Positions 46,201 to 64,000 of a stretch of DNA of 64,000 bases are shown here, in pieces. Source of the DNA: the human T2T-CHM13v2.0 reference genome, Homo sapiens; the NCBI RefSeq assembly GCF_009914755.1, contig NC_060945.1. One strand, written 5' to 3'. Both the position numbers and the translations under genes were made by a program. The notes under the pieces were generated by a model. That model did no database searches, had not been told where the DNA came from, and saw only the letters and a program-made list of their open reading frames with translations. Position 1 is the first letter of the stretch. Every line of letters begins with the position of its first letter.

Positions 46201-47084
46201 ATTTATCCTAGTTTGTACAATACCTACCCAAATGGTGAGATCTGGGAAAGAAATTTAACGGTGGTCACAGCTTACCAAAGGGATTTTCTATCCTACCAAG
46301 CTGACAAGCTCCTATCCTATACTTGCTGAGAGATGTCTGATTACTGACGGTGCACAGTTTAGGCCTAAGGAATAACTCTCGGTATATACACAAACACATC
46401 CATATGCAGCTCCATTAGAAAATATATCATTAAAATATCGGTACTTTGATTGTTTTTCCAACTAAAATATAATATTAAGTATATTTATTAACATATTTAA
46501 GTACAACATATAATAAAAATAACATGAATAATGACATAAACCTATTAAAAGATAATTAATTATTTAGGCTACTGATTTGTATACCCCCATCAATTTATAG
46601 GAACTAAACATATACAAGAAGATATTATCCTTTGGGGCATGTCTAGATTTCAAAATGAGTCTAAAGATCTCTTTTAATGTTTTTCCTGAGGAAATAAAGC
46701 ATTTTATTTTAATAAAATATTTATAAAACTGGCTGGATTATTATACATCAGGGAAGACAAGTTAGTCTTAGCTTGAATATCAATGGTGATTAATTAGCAA
46801 TGGATATGTGCTCCCCAGAGTGCCATACCATAAGGAAGTGTCTGGAACAAACCCAGATAAGGTGGGAGGTCTGAGAGCTGTATATTTGCTATACTGGCTT
46901 TTGTTTTAATTTTAAATATATATTGTCAGTCCATAGAAGCTCTAGATGAAACAAAAACGAAGTTTCCCATTTTAAATAAATACTTAAGAAAATTTAAAAA
47001 GTCGAACTAAAGGGGAAACTTTGACATAAAATTTTATGAAAATATATATTTCTTTTTTGAGGACTGTATCATTTTGGTGCACAC

Positions 47085-49064
<1,980 letters not shown>

Positions 49065-49378
49065 CCACTGTTCAAGGAGAACTTGGTGTTTACTTTTGAA
49101 TTAGTCGTAAATTGGCTGGATTTTGCATTGGTGATTTCTACATTTCTGATGACAAATGAGCAAGTTGAATTAGAGTAGATGAGTTGATGACAGTTGGTGA
49201 CACTGTTGCTTTGCACTTCTATATACTTGAATGAGCCATCTGATGTTTCAAATACTAAATGTAACCATTTATTAAATGAACTTAGCTAGACTTACATAAC
49301 CTAAGGTTTGGATGGAACCTTATAAAGATCTTGTCACCTACATTTTTTCTTCACAGATTACTACAAAGGTGGTGGGGG

Positions 49379-49412
49379 GAGAGAGAGTGAGACAGAGAGA
49401 GAGAGAGAGAGA
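49379..49412. repeat. (GA)n tract
   Basis: Seen directly. Confidence 0.85.
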
Positions 49413-49583
49413 AATCATAAAATCTAATGTGATTACATACATAATTTTTCCCAGCAAGTTATTATGGCTATCACTACAAGAAAGATTGCAGATTCACGTT
49501 ACATTAGTATCCTTCTTTCTGCTTAAAATAGAAATAGCACATGATTTATTTATTTAAAGGAACTTATGTATCCTATATATAAT

Positions 49584-49948
49584 TGATATGGTTTGGCTGG
49601 GTCCACACCCAAAACTCATCTTGAATTGCAGCTCCCATAAATCCCACATGCCATGGGAGGGAACGAGTGAAAGGTAATTTAATCAGGACGGCAGGTTTTT
49701 CTCATGCTGTTCTCTTGGTAGTGAATAAGTCTCACGAGATCTGATGGTTTTATAAAGGGCAGTTCCCCTACACATGCTCTCTTGCATGCCACCATGTAAG
49801 ATGTGCCTTGCTCCTCCTTCACCTTCCACCATGACTGGGAGGCCTCCTCAGCCATGTGCAACCATGAGTCCATTAAATCTCTTTTCTTTATAGATTGCCC
49901 AGTCTCAGGTATTATTACTTCATAGTAGCATGAAAATGGACTAATACA
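49584..49948 (+). mobile_element. THE1 (C/D-like) MaLR solo LTR
   Basis: 'tgatatggtttggctg...gtctcacgagatctgatggttttataaagggc...ggactaataca'; perfect TSD ATAAT. Confidence 0.93.
49675..49685 (+). promoter_or_regulatory. DUX4 consensus motif TAATTTAATCA in THE1
   Basis: Exact TAAYYYAATCA match; binding not shown. Confidence 0.5.
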
Positions 49949-50311
49949 ATAATGAATGACAAAAGCACATATTTTATAAACTTCTTTGCAATAAGATTAA
50001 TGAGAGGTCTTTTGCTGGTAAAATAAAAAGTTTTATTATATCAAAACCTCATTTGTAAACTGGTTTTTAATTTAAAGGTAACTTTATGCACCTCAGTATT
50101 CTTTTATAAGAAGATGTAACACATGTTCTTTACACTGGGCATTGAAATATCTATAGTATTAGAGTCTTGAACTATCTCCTCTCTCCCTTTTTCTCATTCA
50201 TAAATTCCTGATATATACAATGATTTGTTTCATTAAGTCTATAACCGGAAACTTATGCTTGATGAGAAACCTTTTAGGAAGTGTTTGTCTGAAGCTATCT
50301 ACATAGCTTAT

Positions 50312-50752
50312 TGCAATGATTAATTTTTGTGTCAATTTTACTGGGCCATGGGGTGCCCAGAAATTTGGTCAAATATTATTCGGAGCATTTGTGTGGGGGA
50401 GTTTTTAAATAAGTTAAATATTTAATTTGGTAGACTTTGAGTTAAGTAGATTGTCCTTGTTAATGTAGGTGGGCCTCATTCAATCAGTTGAAGGGCTGAA
50501 GGGAACAAAATCACTAGTTTCTTCAAAGCAAGAGAGAACTCTAAAGCAGACTGCCTTCAGATTAGAACTGTACCACTGGCTTTCCTGAGTCTCCTCTGTC
50601 AGCTCACCTTGCAGATTTTGGACTTACTAGCCTTCATACGACATGAGCCAATTCCTTACTATAAATCTCTTTGCATGTGTGTGACCCAACCTCTTTCCCC
50701 TCCAACACACACCCTATTAGTTGTGTCTTACTGGAGAACTGTGACTATCATA
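50312..50752 (+). mobile_element. MLT2D-like ERVL LTR
   Basis: 'gtgtcaattttactgggccatggggtgcccaga...gtgggcctcattcaatcagttgaagg...tgagccaattcctta'. Confidence 0.82.
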
Positions 50753-52633
50753 CTCAGTTTATATACGATGGAGAGGTAATTTTTACTGTCACTTTATAAT
50801 AACTGATTAATGCTGTCAGCTGTGAATTTTAGTGAATTAAAACTCATATCAAGGGGGGCAAATACAAAAGCTTTGAGTATGAAATAGTTTTGGTACAAGT
50901 ACAAAGGAAATACAAACTGTCAATGTCTGAGATATTTTTAACACACCAAAAGTTGTACAGAAACAATTAATAAAGATTGAAACAAAGGAGGAAATTGACT
51001 TTGTTTTGAGGTGATTATGTGGGAGTCAGTGAGAAACATGCAGTTTGTGACCCTAAAATTTTCTTTGGATCACTTTGGTGTGAGAACTGCTATGTCACTG
51101 ATGGAGTTGGAGAAGGGTTTAGAGCCAAGTATGTATTCTTAATGATAGTGAGAAATCTGAGGAAATTGTTTAAAGGGACTTTTAAGAATTAAGTCTGGAA
51201 ATTCCTTGTAAAAAAAAAATTGAGGACAGTCAGGAGAAAATACCAGCAAATAAAGGGGACATTGAAACCATTCATTCAGATTAAATTTGTGCAGAATAAA
51301 TGTAGAGAAAAACAAAACTAAAAACTAATGCTTGAGGAATTACTCCAATCCAGTGGGAGGAGAAGAAAGAGAAGGTAGTGAAAGAAATAAACATTCAGAA
51401 AGTAAGAAAAGAATTAGAGATAGTCTAATGTAGCCAGAAGTACATATCCCAGACCTTAGAAAATGGTTTTCACCGTCTCAGATTTTTCTGAAGTAAATAT
51501 AAACAAATCCATTTTCTGTCTCTTCTTCCTTTAATTACATTATTATCCATTGGTCAAAGCAATATGAACCAATTCTAGTAGAAATTACATTGAAAGCTCC
51601 AATGAAATAGGATTTTCTTGGGAGTCACCCAAGAAATAGATTTTCTGAGCAGAGGTTTACACTTAGGTATGGTACTAATAAAGATTATCTGCAATAAGAT
51701 TGGCAATGACAAATTGCCTACTATAGTAATAGCTTCATTATATAGAATTATTACTTGGAAAATTAATTTTAATTGAAAACAATTTATCTGAGTGGTAGAA
51801 GTAAAAAGATTCTCCCGGCAGAGCTTATACCTGCTGTGTCTACTTAGCAGTGATTATTTCCCTAACTTTCTATTGACTCAAGGCTTTCTGTGCTCTATAT
51901 TTTCCTCATGCATATAAAATTATTTCCACAGATAGGAACACAGCATTTCTTTGCATTTAATCTTCATTTATAACCAAATTACTATATGAAACTTATATAT
52001 CTGCATCTCATTTGGGAAAAAACTGGTACTTGCAAGAAAGTTTATTGGCAATAAAAAGAATGTATTTAAATTTACACACACACACACACACGCAAAAATT
52101 CAGAATAAAGTCATCTCCTGATAGCTTCTCCCATTTACAATATTTGTTCAAGGAATGAAAACTACATATTCCTTATTAAAAACATTTTTCCTCCATTATG
52201 ATTTGAAATTGTCAAATAAGAGGAGTGGTCATATCCCAAATCAAAAATTCTTTTTGAGCTGCACTTCTCCCTGATTAAGTATTTAATCCTCACCTAAAGG
52301 TCTCTCTAAAGTTGAGGTCTTGAAAAATTCCTTCTTGGTGTATCTTCCAAATAGAAATGCACTGTTAAAGCTTTCGTACAATAAGAACACATTTGGAATT
52401 ACGTATCTGATTCATTGCTACAGTTTACAACTAGAACCTAGGAGTTTCCACTGAAAACTGAGATAATCACTCATGGTGATTTAAGAATCGTAACTTTTCT
52501 GGATGTTTCCTACTACCATCATATTTGTAGAAAATAGGAAATACCTGTTTTAAAAAGATTCCACAGAAATGTGTTTAATATATATCACTATGCACAAATA
52601 GATGCACAAATTTATACTGTCTTTTGTCATTGA

Positions 52634-53303
<670 letters not shown>

Positions 53304-53691
53304 GTTTGGCTTTGAAACTGCAATCCCTTTTCCCAAAAATCCCCACTTTTCCCACTTTCTGAATTAAGCTCACACAGCAGGTTGGCATTTAAGACATACC
53401 ACTCTCTGGGAAAAAACCCTCAATTTTACCACATATCTATAGCCTATAGATTAACTGGATCATTATTATTATTCATCAGTTTTTAAGCCCACCTCATTGA
53501 ATATATGAGACTCTCAAGATTAGAAGATGGGACGGCATTCTCTAGGAAAACTGTCTTCTGGATCAAATGACACACCAATTTCAAGATCTTCCTGATTCCA
53601 TCAGTTACTCCCTTTTTCCATCAACTGTCTTTGTGTGTTTCTTTCCTCGGATTGAAGATATTTACATTTCTGATTGACATCAATATAATTA

Positions 53692-53992
53692 TTTTTTTTT
53701 TCCGAGACAGGGTCTAACTCTGCCGCCCAGGCTGGAGTGCAGTGGTAAGATCTCGGCTCACTGCTACCTCCACCTCCTGGGTTCAAGCGATTGTCTTACC
53801 CTCAGCCTCCCGAGTAGTGGGGACTATGGAGCATGCCACCATTCCTGGCCTGATATATATATTTTAGTAGAGACAGAGAGATGGGGTTTTGCCATTTAGG
53901 CTAGGCTGGTCTCCAACTCCTGACCTCAGGTGATCCGCCTGCCTCAGCCTCCCAAAGTGCTGGGATTACAGGTGTGAACCACCAAGGCTGCC
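53692..53992 (-). mobile_element. AluS/J-like with altered linker
   Basis: Full dimer; linker reads 'tgatatatatatttt'. Confidence 0.9.
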
Positions 53993-55216
53993 CTCTTATA
54001 ATCATTGTGATACGCATATTACCTTCAAAATTTATGCTAATGGAACTGAATTGCTTGTAAATCATGAATGAATGGCTTGTAAAATCATCCTACAATGAAA
54101 TATTCATTGGAATTTTTTTTCTGTCCTGACTCACAGCTGCATAAGAGAATTAGAAACAGTCAATGACATGGATATTTTATGTGCATGTTATCAAATAAAA
54201 TTATATTTTTTAAAAATAGCACATTTGATATCACATATACATATATTAAGCCAGGATAACTTTAAGAAAATGATACCAGTTATCATTACTCTTTATCTCA
54301 TTTATCTGAAGAAAATGCACTTGAGGCATAGGAATCTCTCCTCCCTATTACAGGGGATGCAAGCAAGAAACACATTTTGTTCTTGTGAAAGACTTAATGG
54401 GAGGAAAAAACAGAGGCTGGAAAGCCCTAATCTGACCTTCAAACAAAAAAGTCCTTTGAAAATAATGAAGTAAGTAATTTCCTCCCCTCTATTGGCAATG
54501 CCATCTCAATCTCTAAGAATTTCCTATTCACTCCTTGACCTTTCCAATGAGGTCATCACCAAAGGAAATGTCTTACTTCAAGAGTAAGAGCAGACTTTAA
54601 AGATCTTAAACAATTTCAGAGTATAGACCTTGTTAGATCCTGTTCTCTTGAAGGGAAAGAGTAAGCAAGAGTTTTTTGCCAAAGAAATAACTTCTCAATG
54701 AATTTCAAAGCACTTGTGTGTGTTCGGAAAGTAAAAAGCTGGACTCCATATAAATTCTAACATTTCAATACATTTTACATTGCCTACATCTTGAAATAAT
54801 ACTTTAGCTACTGAGGATTGTCATTTATTGATAAGGCTACATCTGATTTAGGAACTTATACTATTAAAAAAAAACAGAAGAAATGTTGAGCTGAAAAAAG
54901 TATAAACTTTTCTCAAATAAAATATGTCCTTTTGACTACATGGTTTCACCTTATTCAAAGGGCAATTATTTTCTATAAATCTATATATGTTTGCAATTTA
55001 TATGAAAGTTTTAGAAAATAATTTATGTTGCTCATATATAAGTAGCTACAGTGTTAAAATTTCTATTATATTATTTTACTTTTTAAAATAATTTGTATCT
55101 GATTTATGGTGTGCAAGACTTAAGATGAGAATTTAGTGAATTATATTTATGTCATACAGAACAGCAAAAAAGATAAATATATAAATAAATGATGAGATAT
55201 ATGATATTCTAGTCAT

Positions 55217-55563
<347 letters not shown>

Positions 55564-55719
55564 TTAAGAAACTGAGGAAATGATAATTTTTTTAAAAATT
55601 GTATCAGCTTTCTTTGTGCTGATATTAAATCAGAACTGTTCTAAACATGATTCTCATATAATTGGTTACTATTTTAAAATGACAGATATTGAATGTGTTA
55701 ATAAACCTTTCTGAAGCCA

Positions 55720-56155
55720 TCTTATTTCATGGCCCCTCAGAAGTAGAATCTGAACACAAGATTTGAGAGCGAGTGATGCAATAAAGAAGTTCTGCCAAAA
55801 GAAACCACTCAGAAAGTGTAGGAAATACAACTGGAAAAAACAAGTCAAGCAAGGCTATGATTTCAGGTGAGGCACCAGCCTCAGTCTGACTGGATGGGGA
55901 GCTCTGGAGGGTAAATTGCACTTTATAGTTGGTCCTATGGGGAATCAAGTGTGCTGTGCTGTTGTATTCCACTAAGCATTCATTAGCTATGGGCCATAAG
56001 CTGTCCACAGACAACTCAGCTCTAAAAAGATAATCTGTCCTCGAAACTTTCCATGCCAGTCTTTACCAGCAAAGCACAGAGAGCCTAAGGAGCGGTCACA
56101 CAGTTCCTATGGGGGATCCACGGTTTTTACATGAGGCACCAACATTGTCTACTCT
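55720..56155 (-). mobile_element. LTR16-like ERVL LTR
   Basis: 'ccctcagaagtagaatctgaacacaagatttgag...ccagcctcagtctga...gggagctctggag...ggcaccaaca'. Confidence 0.6.
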
Positions 56156-57808
56156 AGGAAGCATATTGAATTTTAATTAGCAATTCTAAGAATTGCTCAT
56201 AATATTGTTGCAGATACCACCAGCCGCCTACCCCAGAACCATTCACCACTGCTACGACCACCACCATCACTGACACCACCACCTGTAGCTCTCTTACCCT
56301 TTGCTGATTTAGCCTGATATTATTAAAGTGTTTACCTTTACACGATGCACTTTTAACTATTAGAATGATTATTGGTTTTACCCAGCCATATAAGTGGCAT
56401 TTTCCTTCACAGTGGTTAGTTTAAAGTTAGCAAGAAACTTAATCTTCTTGATTTTTCAAGGAAAATGTATCCACATTTTCCACCCTAATAAAAAAAAATG
56501 CACAGAAGAAAATATTCTTCATGACAACATCATCATGCCTGCATGCATTGACAGAAATTACTAAGGTCATGTTGCCATCATAAGTGGCAACAAAATATAC
56601 AGTCTACAGATAGCAAAGTAAATCATGGAAAGCCACAAAGGTTTGGGTGAGACTTCTGGGCCACTGTAATCTCCGCAGAGCTGGATTTTTATTAAGCAAA
56701 TAAAAAAACTAAATAATTGTCAATTGGGTCTTCTGTGTTAGCAAATGCATTTTTATTAATATAATAATAGCTGTCAAGCTATTGGCCTTTATAAAGAGCC
56801 TACAATGTGCCAGCTATATTTATAAGTACTTTACATATATCAATTCATTCTGGTGAAAGAGAACACATCCCATAGCTGCTAATAAATATCATAATTGTCA
56901 CATATAATCAAGATATTTGGCTCCTATTGAAAACGTTCAAATTATGTTGTGTTGCTCACTGAAGTTACTATACATTATCACTACTACTTCCAGCAAAAAC
57001 TATAGGGAGGAAACAGCAGATTATGTTTAAGTAATGTAAATAGCCATCTTAGTAAAATACTTACATAATATGTGTTTTTGATTTTCTTAATAATAGTCTT
57101 GTGCAGAAAAACTTTTTATAATTTAGAAGAATACTAAACTAACTATTGAAAACATTTGTATGTCTGTTTTCATCTCCTATATTTTTCCAGGCAATATGAG
57201 CAGAATACTAACCACAGAGTTTTCAAAGCCATATCAAACATAATCAATATGTTTGTGAAATCAAAGCACAAACATTCAAATTTCTGATATTTAATATACA
57301 AAGCGTATCTATACAATTTATAATTTGATAAATTTTACATGCTTATTCTTTCTCTGAATGTATTACATAATTACATGAGATATATTAACTCATATGCTAC
57401 AATATTTCATTTAAGAATAGTGTCCTCTTCAAAATCGATTTGGGAATACTTACAGCTTGATTTAGCTCGACTGAATAAATGAAAATCTTAGAAGTTTAAT
57501 TGTTGCTAGATCCAGTGAGAAAAACTATCCGGTATGGTACCTTTGCCTGCTATTATTCTTCTCTATTTATCTTTATTAGTATTCTAGAGTTATTAAGAAT
57601 AGATTATAATTGAAATACGAGAAGTCCTGGGAAAACTTCATGGGCAGCCACCTAACCACTTTTTTTATATTCTACCGAAACTGGCTTTAAGGAAGAACGA
57701 TCAGAGTACATACTTTAATTACAAGCAGAAGAACAGAGTAACTTTAACTTTATGATATTCAGTATTTTTTTATTCTAATCTTTATGTGACCCTGAAAATT
57801 TGAATTCA

Positions 57809-58120
57809 GGCTGGGTGTGGTGGCTCATGCCTGTAATCCCAGCACTTTAGGAAGCCCAGGTGGGTGGATCCCCTGAGGTCAGGAATTCAAGGCCAACCTG
57901 GTCAACATGGCGAAACCCTGTCTCAATTAAAAATGCAAAAATCAGCTGGGTGCAGTGGCACGTGCCTGTAATCCCAGCTACTTGGGAGGCTGAGGCAGGA
58001 GGATCACTTGAACATGGGAGGCAGAGATTGCAGTGAGCTCAGATCATGCCACTGCACTCCAGCCTGGGAAACAGAGCGAGACTCCATTTCAAAATAAAAA
58101 GTAAAATAAAATAAATAAAT
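57809..58120 (+). mobile_element. AluS/J-like with (TAAA)n tail
   Basis: Full dimer; flanking 'aattca'. Confidence 0.93.
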
Positions 58121-58979
58121 AAATAAATTCATCTTTCTGAGAGTTAAAGCTAATGTCTATAAATTTTGGTTGATAATTAATAATATTTATCTGTGACTTC
58201 ATAAAGAGTTAAAGGATGAATATAAAAGAATATGATTGCCTTAGTGTGTGAATCTCATGTGGTAAGCACACTTGATAAATGTCAGATCCTCTCAGTTATT
58301 TTTTTCTTTGCGACTCAGAGCCCACAGTAGGTGGAAATACCAATACCAAATTACCCTACGGAGACTAAAAACAGGACTAAAGGAGTTAAAGATATGAACT
58401 TCAGTATCTTGCGGGAGCTAAGATTTTAATTTATGCTGAGATGTAAAAAAACTGACCTGATGTATTTTATTCCACAAGGGTATTTGAATTTTAAAGGATA
58501 AACTTTTACATAAATGTTATTATATATGTTTATCCAAAATATTCGAGGACAGAGTAGAACTTTCATAGAGGAGGAATTTTCCCACGGTGGTGAAAGGCAG
58601 TGTGCCACGCGGAGGGCTGCAGGGACAGTAGTATAGAAGGGCTAAACGGTGGTGAGAGTGTTGGAACATTCTCACGTAGCTGACACATAAACTGTAAATG
58701 GGATGTGAGACAAGAAAAGCAAAGGCTAGGCTTTGAAAGTGAGGGCCAGACTTCAAAAATCTTGTATGAAATAAAATAATAATTAATAATAATGGTTGAC
58801 ATACAGATTTCAAATGGCACTCCAAGGCACTATGTCTTGGAGTATCAAATTTAGTTTAAGACTGAGAGTAGGATTATACGAGTAGGAGATGCATCCTATT
58901 CACATGAAAATAAAGAGAGACATTGAGGAATAGAATGAAAAATTAACTTGAATAGTATGAAACTTCAGAGAGTGGTAAG

Positions 58980-59105
58980 TACCGCAGTTATAGAAGGTAA
59001 TCATCACCCTTATTGATAAATGAAGAAACTAAGTTTAGATGGTCAAGATAATTTTCCCAGGATTATGTAACTGACAAGTCAGAGAACGGGAAATTTACCT
59101 ATCTA
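58980..59105 (-). mobile_element. MIR fragment
   Basis: 'gataaatgaagaaactaagtttaga...ttttcccagga'. Confidence 0.5.
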
Positions 59106-60059
59106 AGCTTTGTTTTTTCCAAAACGATGCACTGTATGTTAAGAAAATAAATTTTTAGACAAAAGTAACAAGTCAATTGAGCATTTAAAATAGCTAAAAG
59201 CTACAATCACACAGACACACATACACACACACACACATATCCAACAACAAGGAAGGTAGAGGTATTTTGGCATTTGAAATTATCCTAGTAAGAAATGATA
59301 AATGTCTGAAATAGTGTAGAATTATTTCCCTTTACTGTCAGAGGCTAAATTGATGTTGGAAACATTACTTTCTTTGATAATAAAGTATTGTCATTATTAA
59401 GTGTTTATAAGGTATATGTGAATAAATCACATAGTTACTTTTAAAGGTAACTCATGCTGGTGAAAAGATATGGAGAGGCAAAAAAGCCAATGTTTTAAAG
59501 TTTTAATATATTTTTAAGTGTATGAAGCAACCAATTTATTTTGATATAATCAGTGGTGAAAGTAATGGCATCAAGCATCCGTGGAGGCTTTTAATGAGAA
59601 TCATGTGCTATGTAAAGCTGTTGGACAGAGTTTAAAGGATCAGAATGTTGGAGGATATAAAAAAAAAAAATGGCAAATGCCCAGTTGCTTTTGTAAGGGA
59701 TTTTAAATTAAAGCAGCAAACCTTTTAAAGCATCACACAGTGGGCAAAATGAAAATGAAAGCTAATTAACCTGAATTATTTTTCAGTTGTACAATTTTGC
59801 AATAATCTTCCATGGAGTTCATGACCAGAGGATGACTAGACCTTGAGAAGTATTTGAAGAAGGGGTCAAGGTGGGAGCCAAGGCAACCATCTGAAACAGC
59901 TGGCCTGCCTGGGCATGTCTGAGCCAGATGTCTACTTCTGGTCCAGAGTTAGAATTATGTATAAAATCAGGTACTGGGAACAATTTATCTATGTTAAAAA
60001 GATGTGTGTGTGTGAATGGATGTATATACGTGTGCTATAAGAACAGAAAATAGTATCTT

Positions 60060-60560
60060 AATTGTAATAGAAGAAACTTGGACAGCATGTTTCAAAAGCC
60101 TTAAAATTCATATCATTTTACACATTATTTCAATTCTTACTAATTTATATTAAAGATATCATTAGAGCGAATATGAGTATTTATTACTATACTGTTTATT
60201 GCCATTTTATTTATAATAACAAAACATTCCAATCATTTTAATTGTTAGTAGTAGGGGAATGGTGAAACAATTCATGGAATATTCAAGAAATAAAATGTGT
60301 GCAGCCATGAAAAGTCATGCAATAGAAAAATATTTAATGACACAGGTGTAGAGTAAAACTAAAAATTATTATAAATAATCACATCTACAAATTGTTAGTT
60401 TAAAAGTATATTTAAGGAATTTATATCCAAATTATATATGTATTTATAAAAAGACAAGAAATACACAAAATATTTTAGATTATATTATCCAAATGGAGTT
60501 ACATGTACTTTTTTGTTTACGTTATGCTATTAGAAATTTACTCATTTTTATAAAATAAAA
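60060..60560 (+). mobile_element. Ancient L1ME 3' fragment
   Basis: 'taggggaatggtgaaacaattcatggaatatt...gcagccatgaaaa'. Confidence 0.45.
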
Positions 60561-61990
60561 TTGTTTTTTATTTTACTAAAAATACTGTTTTGAGATATCA
60601 ACAGTTGGGGAAAATGTGTTAGCAAAGAACTAAAAGAAAGCTGTATAAGCATAAGAAATACATTTTTACTTCAGCCTAAAACTAAGCCCTTAACATTCCT
60701 TAACTGAGGAATGTCAACCATCTCATTACATTTCCTTAGGCTGCAAAATATGTAAGTATACCTCTCTTTTCCTATTGTGCTTTTATGAAAATAATCTCTT
60801 TGGTATTCTGGTATTCTTTTATGACATATCAATTTTAAAAAATAAAGTTGTGTATCCACCAACACATTTTCATACATTGGCACATGGTATTTATAACTCT
60901 AAAGCCAAAGTGGGCACAGACTAGGACCTGCTGAAGCAGGGAATCTGAGTCTCACAGGGCGGCTTCAACCTCTATGACCATCTAAGAATCTTTTGGAATG
61001 ATCCCCATCAGCAATGTATAATTGTACACATTTTACCATGCCCACACTAACACCAGAAATTATCTTTAATAATATTTTAAATGCATGAAATACTTATTAA
61101 AATAATTTTGAAGAATAAAAATATATAATAAATATTTTGTAATAGATATATCCTGCAATTATGTTGTGGAAGAAAAGTACAATAAGGAAAGAAACCCAAA
61201 ATGGTGACAACTTTGTTTTTAAGAGTGAATGAGTATATATGTGAAGGAAAAAAGAAGGGAGAGGGAGAGACAGAGAGAGAGAGGGAGCACAGGTAGGAAG
61301 AGGAAGAGAAGGAACAGAGAAGAAAGAATTAGATCTCCCTTTTGTTGGTTGATAATTTAATTAACTACCTTTCTTAGGAATATATTATACATTCAGTTGA
61401 ATAAATAGAATGACAGATAGTAAAAAATATTCAGTGTAACATAATGTCCAATATAGTCTAATTCCAGTTTTCTAGCTGATAGTCCTGGGAGTCCTAGAGA
61501 GAGAAGACTGAGGGAAAGAGAAATCCCTCCTCCTGACTGCTTCCCAGTGACTTATGAGTGAAGGTATTAAAGCCAAATACGGTCTTTCTGTGTTTTCCAT
61601 GTTCCACCTCTTTTCAAGCATTTGTGTGAGAACCAGGGACACCTTAAGGGAGAAGGGAATGGTGACACTGCCCTTCTCCTTTTTCCTCTAAAATTTCTGA
61701 TTGTAGTAAATGGCTTCATTCAAAGTTAACCTTGCATTAAATATATTTCAAAATATATCAACTTGGTAATGCAAATATACATGAAAAGAAAATAGTTTAC
61801 TCATGTAGTTTATGGCATAGTGATGCTAAAATGAGTTAATATTTATTTTATGAAAGAATACTTGTACATATAGAATTTATTATTAATTAATACTAAACAT
61901 TTACTGATTAATAATTCGGATGGTTTTGATTTAATGAAGTGTTTCATACATGTGTATACGTGTGTGTGTGTCTGTATATATATGTTTTGC

Positions 61991-62350
<360 letters not shown>

Positions 62351-63029
62351 TACTCATACGTCTATATTTGTTGCAGAAAATGATAAAGCGTTCAATAAAA
62401 TAATTCTATGCAGTAGAATAAATTTTTTGTGGAAGTGAAATAGAACTATGCGTTCAAAGAAAAAAAAGAACAGTCAAAGATTTCCAGATGCTACGAATGA
62501 ACATGTTCATGAATAATTCTATATGGATGATGGCAGGGATGAAACTGCCATTATATTTTCAATTTCATCGAATATGTTGTTAAAATTGATAGATTTTATT
62601 TCAAAATATTTCTGTTTATAATGTACCAAAGATTATACACCATTTACAACTATTACAATGAAAACATTTAAATGTCAACCTAAAACATTTACAAGTGAGT
62701 TCCTAGTTTTTGAAAATTATATAAAAGGCAATTGAAAAAAGAAAAAAACACTGTCTTGGAACACATATATCCCTGTAACCATCCACCTAGAATTTGGTAA
62801 GTTCAATGGGAAAGGCTTTCCAGTATTCATATTTGTGGACCCATGTTTTAGCTGAGTGGTAGGAATACAGTTATTTCATTTCTGAGTGTTGAATAAATAT
62901 AGTGTCATATTTGAGTGAAGATTATAGGACTTAGAAGATCTAGAAATCATAACATCCAAAACAAGCTATAGGCAAGATTTTCACTTCTATAATTCTTGGT
63001 CTTCATTCATAAAAATCGAGACCACATTA

Positions 63030-63850
63030 ATGCTTACTTCAAAGGAGCTGAATGTCAGCAGAGGCTAAAAAATGTAGTTTACTGGATCATATTAAGAATT
63101 ACAAGTTTTATTTGAAAGAATATTTCCATCTAAATTATCGTTCTAAACATCTAAAGAATGTGTCAAGCATAAAGACTAGTCTATCTAGCTGAAGTACAGA
63201 GAAGGAATTGTAGAGAGTAGAGGTTAGTGGGGAGGCTAATTAATAGGTTGTCATGTCAGTACAAGTGAGACGATAAGTCTAGCTTGCACTAGGATGCTGA
63301 CATCAGAGAAGGAGACAAATAGATTCAAGAGGAATTGGCAGATAAGTGTCTCAGAATATACTGATGAATGCAAATGAGGACAATTTACGGACAGCCAGAA
63401 TTCTGGTCTAAACAGCTAGGTAGGTGGTGGTGCCACGTAACAGGAGGGATCATTGAGGGATACAGGAGAATCAGGTTTAAGGGTGAAAATCATGATTATA
63501 ATATTGGTTAGGTTCAGTTGAACCAGTCTTTTGGAAATGGAAGTGAATGTGTGAAGGTAATTGAGTATCAAGCTGGAGATCAGACAGGATGTTCTGATGC
63601 TACAGATGTTGACGAAAAAGTCACTGTTATTAGAATGCTCTCCTGCTTTCTACTAACAGAGATAAGAACTGAAGTCATTTGCATGGAGTCAGTGGAGGCA
63701 AAGAACTTCAGGTGTAGACTCTGAGGATCATTAAGTTGAAAATACTTATTGTGTAGGGTGGATGAACACATTATCTAGAGTAACAATGTGCTGAGAGTAA
63801 TTGCAAACCCTCAACCTCAATCCAGAGGTTGAATGAAGCTGAAAATAGTT
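63030..63850 (-). mobile_element. L2 fragment
   Basis: Purine-rich antisense L2 text 'gtacaagtgagacgat...ggtggtggtgcca...ttaggttcagttgaa'. Confidence 0.55.
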
Positions 63851-64000
63851 TGTTGGAGGCTGGCCTCCATTACCAGGGAACATAGAGACCTCACATTAAT
63901 TAGTGTGCATTTTTGAAATTCTAATAGTCTTTCTTGGTTGAGCAGTTAAAACAAATCAAAACAAAACAAAAAACCTCATTATTCACTGAAAGTTGCTAAT

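Noticed and set aside
58580-58680. Small CpG-enriched patch with CTCF-like 'ccacgcggagggc' and repeated 'acggtggtga'
   Set aside because: Far too short for a CpG island; motif alignment is poor.

Overview
Primate (human-like) AT-rich, gene-poor DNA. I find no CpG island, no recognisable protein-coding exon and no structured RNA gene. The ORF track is mostly Alu/L1/LTR read-through; the rest are short AT-rich frames with no recognisable domain. Repeat content: about 27 Alu copies or fragments (many with intact target-site duplications, TSDs), about 12 L1 fragments, at least 13 LTRs or LTR remnants (LTR27/28-like, LTR33, MLT2A, MLT1, LTR22, MER11A, MST, THE1, MLT2D, LTR16), L2/L3/MIR relics, hAT MITEs and microsatellites. 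Subfamily names come from recalled consensus sequences and need RepeatMasker/Dfam confirmation. I see no novel multi-gene system. The most interesting structure is mechanistic: (1) a ~230 bp inversion at 531-760 that splits an LTR, carries a 23 bp inverted duplication at its breakpoints and looks like L1 target-site inversion; (2) two inverted AluY copies 2.4 kb apart sharing three non-consensus variants; (3) an ancient twin-primed L1; (4) two LTRs with perfect DUX4 motifs, one upstream of a compact cluster of splice-site-bounded mini-exons; (5) a TCF/LEF+STAT motif cluster next to a (TG)20 tract; (6) two local duplications. I could not identify the chromosomal locus.
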